Assembly (NCBI GenBank): GCA_903840265.1
Contig: CAIMFH010000187.1
Coordinates: 12,554 to 76,553, forward strand
Direction: 5' to 3'
DNA: 64,000 nucleotides
Source: an uncultured Schlesneria sp.
GTDB taxonomy: Bacteria; Planctomycetota; Planctomycetia; Planctomycetales; Planctomycetaceae
The translations under genes and the position numbers were made by a program. Positions 48,522 to 58,972 of the stretch are shown here, piece after piece. The notes under the pieces were generated by a model that was given only the letters and a program-made list of their open reading frames with translations, searched no databases and had not been told where the DNA came from. Every line of letters starts with the position of its first letter. The first letter of the stretch is position 1.

Positions 48522-49967
48522 TCACGCCAACAAGTCACGAACGACTTCGCCGTGAACATTCGTGAGCCTACGCGAGATACCGTTGTGGTAATAAGTCAGC
48601 CGCGTGTGATCGATGCCCAAAAGGTGCAGCACGGTCGCGTGGAAGTCATGCCAGTAGACGGGCCGATCGACGGACTTCCAGCCGACATCATCCGTGGCTC
48701 CGTAACTGATCCCGTGCTTCAATCCACCGCCCGCCATCCAGACGCTGAAGCCGTACATGTTGTGATCTCGACCGCCGCCGACAACATTCGCGGCGGACTG
48801 CGTAAACGGCGTGCGGCCGAATTCAGTCGTGAACAACACAAGCGTGTCATCCAACATCCCGCGCTGGCGCAAATCTTTCAGCAGGGCGGCGATCGGCTGG
48901 TCGACTCGCAATGCTTCCTGCGCGTGATTCTCTTTCATGTTCTCATGGCCATCCCAATTGATTCGTGGCGACCCGAACGAGCCACCCGAAAACAATTGAA
49001 CAAACCTCACACCTTGTTCAAGCATCCGGCGCGCGAGCAGACAGCTTCGACCAAAGTCCGCGGTTTCTTCGCGCCCGAGCCCGTAGGCCGCCTGCGTCTC
49101 GGCGGTCTCACCCGATAGATCGGTCACGCGCGGGATCGACATCTGCATCCGCGCGGCCAGTTCATAGCTGCGAATGCGGGCGGACAGATCGCTCTCCGGG
49201 CGCGACGCCATGTGCCGCTTGTTGATCTCAGCCACGAACGCTCGGACATCATCTTCCGAATCGGCATCGTGATTTTCTGTCTTGTCATGCCATTCGGGGA
49301 ACAAGTCCTCGATCGGCTGCCCCTTGGTCCGAAATGCCACTCCCTGATGCCGAGCGGGCAGGAAGCCATTCGTCCAGTTGATGGTGCCGCCAGCGGGAAA
49401 GCCACGCGGATCGGGAAGCACGATATAGGCAGGCAGGTCCTCGGTCTCGCAGCCCATCCCATACGACAACCAGGAACCAAGGACTGGAAACCCGTTCAAA
49501 CGAAAGCCCGTGTTGGCCTGAAACGTCGCTGGCGTGTGATTGGCCGAATCGGCGATCATCGAATTGATCACGGTCAGTTCGTCAGCCACACCCGCCAGAT
49601 GCGGAAACAACTCCGACACCCACAGGCCACTCTCACCGCGCTGTTTGAATTCCCAGTCGTTCTTTCGCAGCAGGCCCACCTGGCCGAAGAAAGTCTCTGG
49701 CTTTTCGGTCGAAGTCAGCGCCTGGCCGTGAAACTTTTCGAGCTGCGGCTTGTAGTCGAACGAATCGAGATGACTGAGCCCACCGCACATGTACAAATGA
49801 ATGACGCGGCGACACTTCGGCATCAGATGCGGCGGTGGATCAGCAGATTCACCCGGCGTTCCCGCGGCACGAGTTCCGCCATCCTTCTGCAGTAGATGCA
49901 TGAACGCCGACAGTGTCAGACCATGTGCGGACCAGGACAAGAAATCGCGACGGTTCGGACTATTCAT
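48522..49967 (-). CDS. DUF1501-domain protein with Tat-like signal
   Basis: NRRDFL, GGLSHLDSFDYKP, RRMLEQGVRFVQL..WDGH, TEFGRTP and GRDHN. Confidence 0.92.
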   Translation of the reverse strand: MNSPNRRDFLSWSAHGLTLSAFMHLLQKDGGTRAAGTPGESADPPPHLMPKCRRVIHLYMCGGLSHLDSFDYKPQLEKFHGQALTSTEKPETFFGQVGLLRKNDWEFKQRGESGLWVSELFPHLAGVADELTVINSMIADSANHTPATFQANTGFRLNGFPVLGSWLSYGMGCETEDLPAYIVLPDPRGFPAGGTINWTNGFLPARHQGVAFRTKGQPIEDLFPEWHDKTENHDADSEDDVRAFVAEINKRHMASRPESDLSARIRSYELAARMQMSIPRVTDLSGETAETQAAYGLGREETADFGRSCLLARRMLEQGVRFVQLFSGGSFGSPRINWDGHENMKENHAQEALRVDQPIAALLKDLRQRGMLDDTLVLFTTEFGRTPFTQSAANVVGGGRDHNMYGFSVWMAGGGLKHGISYGATDDVGWKSVDRPVYWHDFHATVLHLLGIDHTRLTYYHNGISRRLTNVHGEVVRDLLA

Positions 49968-49993
49968 TGTCTCATCTCCCACGGCCATCGCGC

Positions 49994-52900
49994 TCAGTCG
50001 ACAAACAGAAACTCGGACGAATTCCACATCGCTCGGCAAAACGCGGGCACCCCTCGTCGCTGGATGAACGTCTGGCTGAAAGCGACTTCATCGGCAGTCG
50101 CTTCACGTCCGAATAACAACAAGTACGCTCGACGAATCTGATCGGCGGACGAATCGCCCACATCGGACTTCAGTCGCAGAGCGAACTGCTCGGCCATCCG
50201 CAGACTGAAGGAATGATTCAAGAGTGACAATGCTTGCAATGGCGTGACGGTGGCAGATCGTCGCGGCGTGGTTGTCGAAGGGTCGGGGCAATCAAACGTA
50301 TCGAGAAACGGGCTGCGCCCACCACGAGCCCACATGCGATACAGCGTGCGACGGTTGTTGGCGAACCCGGGGGGATCGATCGGATCGTAAAACTGCGTCC
50401 CTTTGAAGAAGTACGAATTCACATCCGCGTAACCTTTGCCGCCAAGTTCCGCATTCAATTGCCCCGCCACACACAGGATCGCATCGCGGACCGATTCGGC
50501 CTCCAATCGATGTGGATTCATCCGCCACAGCAATCGGTTGCCTGCGTCAACGGCGGACGCCTGCGGATTCAGTTGTGACGATTGTCGATAGGTCGCTGAA
50601 CTCACCATCAACCGATGCAGGCGTTTGATCGAGAAGCGGCGGGGACCGTCCGCGGCAGCGAATTCACCGGAGAGCCATTCGAGCAACTCGGGATGGCTCG
50701 GCTTGCCCCCATTGAAACCGAGGTCACTGGGGGTTTCGATCAGCCCGGCCCCGAAGTGATAGTGCCAGAGGCGGTTGCTCAGGACTCGAGCAAACAATGG
50801 GTTATTGGCGTCGGTGATCCAGTTCGCCAGTTTCAGTCGGCGATGCGATTCAATGGCATCGGGCTTCAGACCAAAATTCGGATCGACACCCTGCAAGGCG
50901 ACCAATCCGGCGGCAGCGACTTCTTCACCCAGCAGACTGACACTGCCGCGTTTGTGAATCTTCATCGCGGGAGCCTGAGTCGCAATCGCCGAGTAGATCT
51001 TCTGCGGCCCCGCTTTAGCGACCTGTGCGTGCTTCAATCGCAAATCGGCCAGTTCGTTTTGCTGCGACGTCCGTAAAACGCGTTGATCGACCGACAGCTT
51101 CGAAGCGATCTCAGCTTCCGTGATATAGGTATTCGTGGAATCGGAGCTGACGGCGACTTCTTCAGCAGACAACGCTCGGTCATACAATCGAGCACTGGCG
51201 ATAGTGCCATTCAGCATGCGATTACCACCGGCATCGGTCCCATGACGAAGGCCAAACACGACTTGGGCTTTGCCAGAGACATAGCGAACTGCCTGATCTT
51301 TGCGAATGGGTTTTCCGTAAGGCTGGCCGTTTCGATAACAATCGATCGTTCCGTCGTCGCGATGAACTTGCGTGATCGTGACAAACTGTTTGTCTGCCTG
51401 CTCCTCGGCCGTCCCACCATACGACGCGGTTCGTTGAAAACCGGTGCTGCCCGGCATCCAACGGTTTGGTTCCAGTTCGCCATAGACGATCGCATCAAAC
51501 GTCTGACCGTCGACTGTCTGTAAGCTGATCGCACCGCCGCCCGATTGCTGCAACGACTGCAACCGCACTCGGACTTGCAACGTCTTTTCGGCGAGATCCT
51601 TTGCCAGCGGAGCCGTCATCGCGAATGAACTGCCGTCGACAACCAGTCCCTCGCGTTCCAGCTTGGCGGTCCCGATCAATCGCGCATGCATGGGACCGAC
51701 CTGGTCCTTCGCATCCCGAGTAAAATCCCATGCGGCAATTGGCACCGGAAGATTGGGCGACGGAACTTCGCCTGGTGTGCGACTCCGTTCCGCTAAGATT
51801 TTTTCGCGAATCGGCGAGTCCTGTTCCTGCAGTTGTTTGGTGAGCAGGTCGATGCGAGCTTGCCACGCGGATAACTGCCGGGTGGTTTCGGGTGGAGTGA
51901 ACTCGCGCTCGCCATGATCCGCGCCGGCCAAGGCTGATGCGATCTGGTAGTACTCTTTGGCGGTGATGGGATCAAACTTATGGTCATGGCAGCGGGCACA
52001 GTTCACTGTCAGGCCTAGAAACGTTTGCCCAACGACACCGATCGTATCTTCCAGTTCATCCTGCCGCATCGTCGCGCGCATGCGATCGACAACCGGCACG
52101 ACGGTGTCATGGGGCCCGGCCACGAGGAATCCGACCGCCTGCATCGCTGACACGCTATTCGGGGCGATGATGTCGCCCGCCAACTGCCAACGCACGAACT
52201 CGTCATAGGGCATGTCGCGATTCAGGGCTTGCAGCACCCAGTCACGATAGGGCCACGCATTCGGCCGCGGTAGATCGCGTTCGAACCCATTGCTCTCACC
52301 GAATCGAACGATATCCAGCCAGTGCCGCGCCCACCGCTCTCCATAATGAGGCGACGCCAACAACCGATCGATCAGGCGTTCATAGGCGTCTGGACGATCA
52401 TCGGCGAGAAACTCGTTGATCTCTTCGGGAGCAGGAGGCAGGCCAAGCAGGTCAAACGTGACGCGACGAATGAGGACTTGCGGATCCGCGGGCGGCGCGG
52501 GTTCAAATCCGCGAGCGTTCAGTTGAGCCTGTACGAAAGAATCAATCGGTTCGCGGACTCGCGACACATCGCGAACAGTGGGGCAGACTACCTTCGATAG
52601 GGGTTGCAGAGACCACCAGTCATAACCCGCACGCTGCTCGGTCGAGACCTTCAGGGGATCGAGATTCCCACCCGTCCAGATGGCTCCGGCTTCAATCCAC
52701 GATTTGATCGCTGCCTTTTCGTTCTCGGACAGGGGGTGCTTAGGTGGCATTTCGTCGGCCGAAATCCGCTGCCAGATTGGACTCTCGTCGGGTTTGCCGG
52801 GAACGACACCCGCACCACTTTCACCACCGGTTCGCAGCTTCTCCGCGGAAATTAGGTCCAAGCCCCCTTTGGCCTCGTCCCCCGAGTGGCAGGCCAGGCA

Positions 52901-53032
52901 TTTGGACATCAGCAAAGGGGCGACCGACTTCTCGAATTGGCCCGAGGGAACTTCCGCTGCAATCGCGATCGAGGTCATCGCGATCATCGCCGCCAGGCAG
53001 TGGACAAATGACGTTCGAAATGGTCTTCGCAT
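49994..53032 (-). CDS. Planctomycete cytochrome c + DUF1549 + LamG-like + DUF1553 protein
   Basis: CLACH, SPHYGERWARHWLDIVRFGES, CARCHDHKFDP, LamG-like insert (GTIASARLYDRALSAEEV) and SSEFLFVD. Start at 53032. Confidence 0.92.
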   Translation of the reverse strand: MRRPFRTSFVHCLAAMIAMTSIAIAAEVPSGQFEKSVAPLLMSKCLACHSGDEAKGGLDLISAEKLRTGGESGAGVVPGKPDESPIWQRISADEMPPKHPLSENEKAAIKSWIEAGAIWTGGNLDPLKVSTEQRAGYDWWSLQPLSKVVCPTVRDVSRVREPIDSFVQAQLNARGFEPAPPADPQVLIRRVTFDLLGLPPAPEEINEFLADDRPDAYERLIDRLLASPHYGERWARHWLDIVRFGESNGFERDLPRPNAWPYRDWVLQALNRDMPYDEFVRWQLAGDIIAPNSVSAMQAVGFLVAGPHDTVVPVVDRMRATMRQDELEDTIGVVGQTFLGLTVNCARCHDHKFDPITAKEYYQIASALAGADHGEREFTPPETTRQLSAWQARIDLLTKQLQEQDSPIREKILAERSRTPGEVPSPNLPVPIAAWDFTRDAKDQVGPMHARLIGTAKLEREGLVVDGSSFAMTAPLAKDLAEKTLQVRVRLQSLQQSGGGAISLQTVDGQTFDAIVYGELEPNRWMPGSTGFQRTASYGGTAEEQADKQFVTITQVHRDDGTIDCYRNGQPYGKPIRKDQAVRYVSGKAQVVFGLRHGTDAGGNRMLNGTIASARLYDRALSAEEVAVSSDSTNTYITEAEIASKLSVDQRVLRTSQQNELADLRLKHAQVAKAGPQKIYSAIATQAPAMKIHKRGSVSLLGEEVAAAGLVALQGVDPNFGLKPDAIESHRRLKLANWITDANNPLFARVLSNRLWHYHFGAGLIETPSDLGFNGGKPSHPELLEWLSGEFAAADGPRRFSIKRLHRLMVSSATYRQSSQLNPQASAVDAGNRLLWRMNPHRLEAESVRDAILCVAGQLNAELGGKGYADVNSYFFKGTQFYDPIDPPGFANNRRTLYRMWARGGRSPFLDTFDCPDPSTTTPRRSATVTPLQALSLLNHSFSLRMAEQFALRLKSDVGDSSADQIRRAYLLLFGREATADEVAFSQTFIQRRGVPAFCRAMWNSSEFLFVD

Positions 53033-53353
53033 CAGCAACCTCCGCCACCAATCAACAAGAGTCGATTCACCTAGGCTACCGGTCTCTTCGGCGTGTCGCA
53101 ACAGGGCTTGCGGCAACGAGACACCGGTGAACCGCGTCCCAGGTCGAAAGGGGGTTGGCCTAAGAACCAAGCACGAGAGCCAAACGTGCGGGCAACGAAG
53201 CAGGCATAGATCAGCGCCGCCTCCTTGCCATCCGTCGTCCGGAATCCATTTCTCTTGTTGCAGTTGCAGCAAACGCGACAGCCAAAAACGCCCGCGGCAC
53301 GGCATTTCCGATATGAGCGCCGGTGGCTGATTTTGCGTGGCAGGGAGTTCGAG

Positions 53354-54274
53354 ATGAAATGGATGACCCATCTGACCTGTTGGTTCAGTCTGTTTGGACT
53401 GTTTTCCTTTGGGTCGGCATTGGCGGAATCCCCCATTGCAAACTCGTCTCCATCGCAGCCGATCCCGCTGACGCTGAAGACCTCGGGTCCCTGGAAGATC
53501 ATAGAGTCTCCCAATTTCCGTTGCTGGTCGCAGTTGCCTGAAGCCGAAGCCAGACAACTTACGGAAAGTTGTGAAGCTTGGCGTTCACGTCTGCGGACGG
53601 CTTGGATCACGGAAGCTGATCGAGCCGACTGGTCCCCGAAGTGCGAAGTCTATGTGCATGCGAACCAGCCCGCCTACAATCAAACATTACGTCGTCCCGG
53701 CGATGCCTCTGTCGGCTCCACCTCCATGAATTTCGATCAGGGTCGAACGGTCTATCGTCGCATCGATGTCCGAGCCGACGCCAGCGACTGGTCGAACGCG
53801 GCCTTACCGCACGAACTAACTCACGTCGTCTTGGGCGAGCGTTTCGGTGGTCATGCATTACCCCGCTGGGCTGATGAAGGAATCGCCATGCTCAGCGAAT
53901 CTGCCGAGAAGCATCGCGAGCGACTGGAGAATTTCCAGGGCGTGTTGACCACGCGAACTACGTTCAAGATCAGTGATCTCGTCACCACGAAGGGAATGCC
54001 TGCCCCGCATCTTCGCGATGCGTTCTACGGACAGAGCCTCGCGTTGTCGTCGCTGCTCGTTCGCAAATCGACCCCTGCAAAATTTGCAGATTTCATCGAG
54101 GAGTCGATCCGGATTGGACACGACCAGGCCTTGAAGAATCACTACTCGCTCAACGGCGTAACCGCCTTGCAGCAAGAGTGGAACGACTGGGTGAAACAAC
54201 CTCAGTCAGTCTCTTTTGTCAGCCTGCCAATTCAAGTTGGCAAGACTCCAGCGGTGGCCGCCATGCTCGAATGA
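53354..54274 (+). CDS. Peptidase MA-like zinc metalloprotease, secreted
   Basis: LPHELTHVV plus PRWADEGIA (gluzincin-like), FYGQSLAL and a signal peptide. Confidence 0.85.
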   Translation: MKWMTHLTCWFSLFGLFSFGSALAESPIANSSPSQPIPLTLKTSGPWKIIESPNFRCWSQLPEAEARQLTESCEAWRSRLRTAWITEADRADWSPKCEVYVHANQPAYNQTLRRPGDASVGSTSMNFDQGRTVYRRIDVRADASDWSNAALPHELTHVVLGERFGGHALPRWADEGIAMLSESAEKHRERLENFQGVLTTRTTFKISDLVTTKGMPAPHLRDAFYGQSLALSSLLVRKSTPAKFADFIEESIRIGHDQALKNHYSLNGVTALQQEWNDWVKQPQSVSFVSLPIQVGKTPAVAAMLE

Positions 54275-54467
54275 GCAGGCCGGTCACCTGAGCTGATCAA
54301 CTTCGTGAAGCGACAATCACCATTTCTCGCGATGGCTTCTCTTTGGCCCCTCCAGGCTTACGATCTGGAAATGTTGTTGCCAGAACCGCTGCGGCGCGCT
54401 ACGCTCTGGGATAATGTTCCGTGGCGTTTCCGTTTTGTGCTCAACCGTGGATTAAAGGAACTGCATC

Positions 54468-54869
54468 ATGATGAAGCCTTTGTTGGTTGCGGCGTTGGCA
54501 ATTGTTGGATTGAGTTTCACAGCTGACAACGTTCAGGCGGGTCGACGATGTTGTCGTGCCCAGCGAAGTTGCGGATGCGCATCCGCTTGCAATACGTGTG
54601 CGTCGACAAGTAACCCGTGTTCGAATGGCTGCAATGCCGTCGCGCCGAATTACAATGGTGCCGGACAGGTGACCGATCCGAATACGGCACCGCCACCACC
54701 GCAACAGACGACCAGCACGAATGCTTACCAAAGCTACTCCTATGAACCAGCCGCGGCCCCGATCGCGAACAGCCAAGTGACCGGTTTCCCTGTGGCTCCG
54801 CAATCCTATCAACGAACGCCATCCAGTTTTCAGTTCCGTGGCGATCGTAAAGCCTTAGGTAACTACTAA
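54468..54869 (+). CDS. Small secreted Cys-rich protein
   Basis: Signal peptide ending VQA, RRCCRAQRSCGCASACNTC and YQSYSYEP. AAGGAA RBS. Confidence 0.75.
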   Translation: MMKPLLVAALAIVGLSFTADNVQAGRRCCRAQRSCGCASACNTCASTSNPCSNGCNAVAPNYNGAGQVTDPNTAPPPPQQTTSTNAYQSYSYEPAAAPIANSQVTGFPVAPQSYQRTPSSFQFRGDRKALGNY

Positions 54870-54885
54870 TTCGAGACATTGGCTC

Positions 54886-54935
54886 AAGCCGGACTCTTCG
54901 CCACAGCGCTTCGTGTGCGACGAGTCCGGCTTTTT
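54886..54935 (+). terminator. Terminator/REP-like hairpin
   Basis: AAGCCGGACTC ... GAGTCCGGCTTTTT. Confidence 0.7.
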
Positions 54936-55089
54936 CATGCGCTGACCGCGCCCCGCCTTCAGGCGTCAGACTGCGTCTTGCCGAACCTGCCAGTTTCGAC
55001 TACTGTCTCGGACCGCCAATCTGTCAGATCGAAGAATGGCGGCAGTTGAGAGATGACTGCTTGATTATTGGCGTCGAAGGGAGTCGACG

Positions 55090-56487
55090 ATGGGCTGGAC
55101 CCGGAATACGGGGACCGTTGTTTCGCTGGCCGTTCTGGCATCGGTCGTTGCGAACATTGCTGTACATCGCCATTTCGAAGATCGCGCCCAGCGATTGACG
55201 ACAGCGGCGGAGCCATATCCCGGAGCATTGATTTTCGATGCCCCGTCGGCAATGCCTGACGATGGCAAAGCATCCCCCATTCCCCGATCACTCGAAGATC
55301 TGGAACTGACGCAGCCAAAGGGATTATTGACCCTCGCGCTGCAGTCTGTGGAAACGGACGATACCAACGGCCAATCCATCCCGAAACCGGTTCCGCTGCC
55401 TCAAGAAGCGGCCCCCATCGAAGAGAATGAACAGTCTGACGAGCCTCGCGGCAAAAGCAGCTTTGAGCATCAGGCCGTTCGCAGCGTCATCGAAGACGAG
55501 TTGGCAGAATCATCACGCGAAGAACGCGATATCTGGTTCGACGAACTGAAGACCTTGCCCGCCGGAGTCGTGCGCGATCTGCTGCAAGTGCGCAAACAGC
55601 TTCGATCTCTACCACGGGCTTTGCACAAGCAAGATGCCCCCGCGGTTGCCGCTCCGCGGATTGCGGAATTGCCTGCCGAACCCGCCTCTCAAACGCGGCG
55701 TCAGACTTTGCCCGACTTGGTTCCGACGATGACGGCATTGGAACAGGCCAGCACACTGGCCAGGCACAACATCGCCAATTCAATGACTCCGGGGTACAAG
55801 CGGCTACGCATCAATCTTGTCGACGCCTACGAAGAAGGTTGGCATGACACAGCAGAGCGCAGGTCCGACGCTGCCGAACCGACCCCGCTGAATTTGCTTC
55901 CCGTTCAAGGGTGCCACCTTGGCGAGATTCTGCTGGATATACGTGAAGGCGTCGAAGAGAACACAGGCAATGAATTGGATCTCGCTATCCAGGGAGAGGG
56001 ATTCTTCATCGCAGCTCGCAACGACAAGCCCGTCTATACCCGTTGCGGCTCATTGACGTTGGATGGTCAGCGCCGGATTTGCCTCGCACTGCCCGAGGGA
56101 TCGCTTCTGCTGGACCCGGTGATCACAATTCCTGCCAATTGCGTTGAAGTCCAGATTTCGTCCAGCGGTGCCGTGTCGGCATTCCGCAACGCCGACGTCG
56201 CAGCCGAAGTAATTGGACAAATCAAGATCGCCAGATTCCCCAACTCGTCTCGCCTTCGGCCCGTTGGCAGCACACTACTTGTCCCCACCGCGGGTTCAGG
56301 CAGCGCCGAGATCGGTGACCCAGAGAAAGACGGTCGTGGCTTGATCGTCCAGGGGTTCCTGGAGCTATCCAACGTCGACTCCGAAAAAGAGCTGCGCGAC
56401 ATCGAGCAATGGCGTCAGTTGCTGCAGTCGTTCCCCTCAACGAGTCGCCCCCTGACCGCGAGCGGCAAAGAACCTCATTCGCGTTAG
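55090..56487 (+). CDS. FlgG-like flagellar rod/hook domain protein with long N-terminal extension
   Basis: HNIANSMTPGYK, DLAIQGEGFF..YTRCGSL and QGFLELSNVD, preceded by about 210 aa of TM, Pro-rich and helical sequence. Confidence 0.8.
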   Translation: MGWTRNTGTVVSLAVLASVVANIAVHRHFEDRAQRLTTAAEPYPGALIFDAPSAMPDDGKASPIPRSLEDLELTQPKGLLTLALQSVETDDTNGQSIPKPVPLPQEAAPIEENEQSDEPRGKSSFEHQAVRSVIEDELAESSREERDIWFDELKTLPAGVVRDLLQVRKQLRSLPRALHKQDAPAVAAPRIAELPAEPASQTRRQTLPDLVPTMTALEQASTLARHNIANSMTPGYKRLRINLVDAYEEGWHDTAERRSDAAEPTPLNLLPVQGCHLGEILLDIREGVEENTGNELDLAIQGEGFFIAARNDKPVYTRCGSLTLDGQRRICLALPEGSLLLDPVITIPANCVEVQISSSGAVSAFRNADVAAEVIGQIKIARFPNSSRLRPVGSTLLVPTAGSGSAEIGDPEKDGRGLIVQGFLELSNVDSEKELRDIEQWRQLLQSFPSTSRPLTASGKEPHSR

Positions 56488-56592
56488 TGACAAAAGACTT
56501 GTCACTGCAACGATTGCAGGTTATTCATTGTCGCATCGACCTAGCCGTGCTCGCGGCGCAATCGACTTCATATCTTCAGAGGGGCGGTTGTC

Positions 56593-57021
56593 ATGAAAAT
56601 CGTGCAAGAGTTCCGGCAGTTTGTTCAGCGCGGAAATGTCGTCGATCTGGCAGTCGGCGTGATCATGGGTGCCGCTTTCGGCAAGATCGTGACATCGCTA
56701 GTTGCAGACATCATCATGCCCCCGATTGGGTATGTGATTGGCGGCGTCAATTTCAAAGATCTCCATTTTGAACTCCCCAAAGTTGAGTTGCTCAATCCAG
56801 ATTTAAAGCCAGCGACGATCAACTACGGCGCGTTCCTTCAAACGACGTTCGATTTTCTGATTATTGCAATCTGCATCTTTCTGGTCGTCAAAGGGATGAA
56901 TGCGCTGTCACGAAAGCCAGATCCGACGCCGCCCCCGTTGACAGCCTCTGAAAAGCTGCTCATGGAAATCCGCGACCTGCTGAAGCAGCAACAAGGCGCG
57001 ACCGAGGAGTCTGCCACTTAG
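56593..57021 (+). CDS. mscL: Large-conductance mechanosensitive channel
   Basis: [38 protein letters not shown] and LLMEIRDLL. Confidence 0.97.
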   Translation: MKIVQEFRQFVQRGNVVDLAVGVIMGAAFGKIVTSLVADIIMPPIGYVIGGVNFKDLHFELPKVELLNPDLKPATINYGAFLQTTFDFLIIAICIFLVVKGMNALSRKPDPTPPPLTASEKLLMEIRDLLKQQQGATEESAT

Positions 57022-57053
57022 GCTTGCGATTCAAGTCGTCGACGGAAATGATT

Positions 57054-57095
57054 GCCCCGAAGATCTTTACACAGATCCGGGGCTTTTTCTTTTTT
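57054..57095 (+). terminator. Intrinsic terminator after mscL
   Basis: GCCCCG-AA-GATCT loop AGATC-CGGGGC followed by TTTTTCTTTTTT. Confidence 0.75.
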
Positions 57096-57183
57096 CGGCC
57101 GCCGGACTTCAAAGAATAATGGCGACGGCTGCAGCATCGTTCTTCTTGCAACACGATCAGCAGCCACGCAGGAGGAAACGTTG

Positions 57184-57729
57184 GTGAGTGACGACGGCGA
57201 CCCGACCCACTCGGGACGGCCGGGCTCACCAGAGCGGCTGTCGGCAGATGCCGTCCGCGCTTTGTACCTGCTGCATGGTCGCGACCTGCAATTGTTTTTG
57301 ACCGGAGTACTCAAGAACAGCGACGCGGCACAGGACGTTTGCCAGGCCACGTTTCAGCGATTACTCGAATCGGGGCACGAGGCAAAAGCGGAAACAACGC
57401 GAGGTTGGCTCTTCAAAGTTGGTTTCAACGAGGCCTTGGCGTGGCGACGAAGAGAATCACAGCGAGACAAGTTACATCGAAAAGCGGCCGCGACGGCTGA
57501 TCAACCAAATATCGAACTGCCTGTTCAGTCACTGGTGCGAAGAGAAGAGATCGAGAAGTTAAAGCGACTGCTGCAGGACCTACCGACGGAACAACAATTG
57601 GTGGTCAGGCAGCGAATTCAAGAAGATAGGACCTTTGCTCAGATTGCAGATGAACTGAATGTCCCGCTGGGAACGGTCCTCACGCGAATGCGACTGGCAG
57701 TTCAGAAGTTACAAAAGTGGTTTGGTTGA
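57184..57729 (+). CDS. ECF sigma-70 factor
   Basis: DAAQDVCQATF..GWLFKVGFN (region 2) and TFAQIADELNVPLGTVLTRMRLA (region 4). GGAGG RBS before TTG/GTG. Confidence 0.92.
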   Translation: MSDDGDPTHSGRPGSPERLSADAVRALYLLHGRDLQLFLTGVLKNSDAAQDVCQATFQRLLESGHEAKAETTRGWLFKVGFNEALAWRRRESQRDKLHRKAAATADQPNIELPVQSLVRREEIEKLKRLLQDLPTEQQLVVRQRIQEDRTFAQIADELNVPLGTVLTRMRLAVQKLQKWFG

Positions 57730-57743
57730 GAGATCGGTGGTTC

Positions 57744-58268
57744 ATGTCCGTTAATAGCAACGATCGAGATTGGCTGGCCATGCAGTACGTGCTTGGCGAG
57801 CTTCCCGATTCCGAACGAAACGCCTTTGAAGTGCGACTTCCAGCGGAAGTGGAACTCTGCGAGGCAGTGACCGCCGCCAGCCGCTTGATGCTGACAGCAC
57901 ACGCCGTCATGGAGGCTAATAGCTCCTCCATCTCCGTTCGACGCGATTCCAACCCACGGACACCGGGTCGTTCGTGGTCAGCCTTCGTCGCAACAGCAGT
58001 TGCCATGGCAATGGTGTTGTTGCTGGTCGTACGCATCCCAGTCAAATCCCCGACTGACGGTCGCGTGGCAAACGATCGTCCGCAAGCAGCCGAATTGGTT
58101 TCGCTCTGGCGATCGGGATCGGAGTCCAGCGATGACGACTCAGATGATATGGACGACGTCGTTGATAATGCGGCAGATGTGGCGGTCCCCAGTTGGATGT
58201 TGGCTGCGGTCTCGATCGAAGCAGGCCACGCCATCAATACTCCCTCCGATCAGGTGCAGGAGAACTAA
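57744..58268 (+). CDS. Probable anti-sigma factor (single TM)
   Basis: AMQYVLGELPDSERNAFEVRL anti-sigma-like N-terminus plus a TM, directly after the ECF gene. Confidence 0.7.
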   Translation: MSVNSNDRDWLAMQYVLGELPDSERNAFEVRLPAEVELCEAVTAASRLMLTAHAVMEANSSSISVRRDSNPRTPGRSWSAFVATAVAMAMVLLLVVRIPVKSPTDGRVANDRPQAAELVSLWRSGSESSDDDSDDMDDVVDNAADVAVPSWMLAAVSIEAGHAINTPSDQVQEN

Positions 58269-58972
58269 TGATGAAACTGCATCAAACCAACACGTTGTTC
58301 TGGTTGGCCGTCCCCGTAATGGCCATTGCCACCAGCTTTCTGAGCGTTTCCTCTGGTCGCGCTGATGACAAGACGGACAAAGCCACCAAGGAACGACCGC
58401 GGGCCGCTGCCAAGGTCGAGAAGGTCGCCGCCAAGCCTCCCGTTGTGGTCGTGACCCCCGAACGTGAAGTGGCCGCCATCGCGTTTGCTCAGGAAAACCA
58501 TCCGGAATTGGCCTCGCTGCTGGAAGGCCTGAAGCGGAATGCATTCAAAGAGTATCAAGCCGCGATGATCGAATTGGATCGAGCCGTCGATCGGCTGGCC
58601 AAGCTCAAAGAGAAGTCGCCTGAACGATATGAGTTCGAACTCGCCGAATGGAAGATGACATCGCGCATCCGCCTGCTGGCCGCCAGATTATCGATGTATT
58701 CGGACCCGACCGTCGAGACGGATCTACGCAACGCGCTACGAGAACGACTGGAGTTCCGCATCGCGACTCAGCGAACCGAGCGAGATCGGTTGCAGGGACG
58801 AGTCAGCAAGCTCGATTCACAGATCGAAGAGATGACATCCAAAGCCGACAGCATCGTCGAGAAGCAGTTTGTGGATTTGAGAAAGACGTTGCCCGCGACC
58901 AAGCCTGCCGCGAAAGCCAAGCCCAAAAAGACGACCGCGAATCCGGTCGATGCCAAGGGAGAAAAGCCGTGA
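58268..58972 (+). CDS. Exported coiled-coil hypothetical protein
   Basis: TAATG coupling, signal peptide, long helical region and Lys-rich tail. Confidence 0.75.
   Translation: MMKLHQTNTLFWLAVPVMAIATSFLSVSSGRADDKTDKATKERPRAAAKVEKVAAKPPVVVVTPEREVAAIAFAQENHPELASLLEGLKRNAFKEYQAAMIELDRAVDRLAKLKEKSPERYEFELAEWKMTSRIRLLAARLSMYSDPTVETDLRNALRERLEFRIATQRTERDRLQGRVSKLDSQIEEMTSKADSIVEKQFVDLRKTLPATKPAAKAKPKKTTANPVDAKGEKP

Noticed and set aside
53033-53557. 175-aa N-terminal extension of the PSD1 ORF
   Set aside because: It overlaps the divergent peptidase gene and promoter region. The signal peptide begins at 53032.
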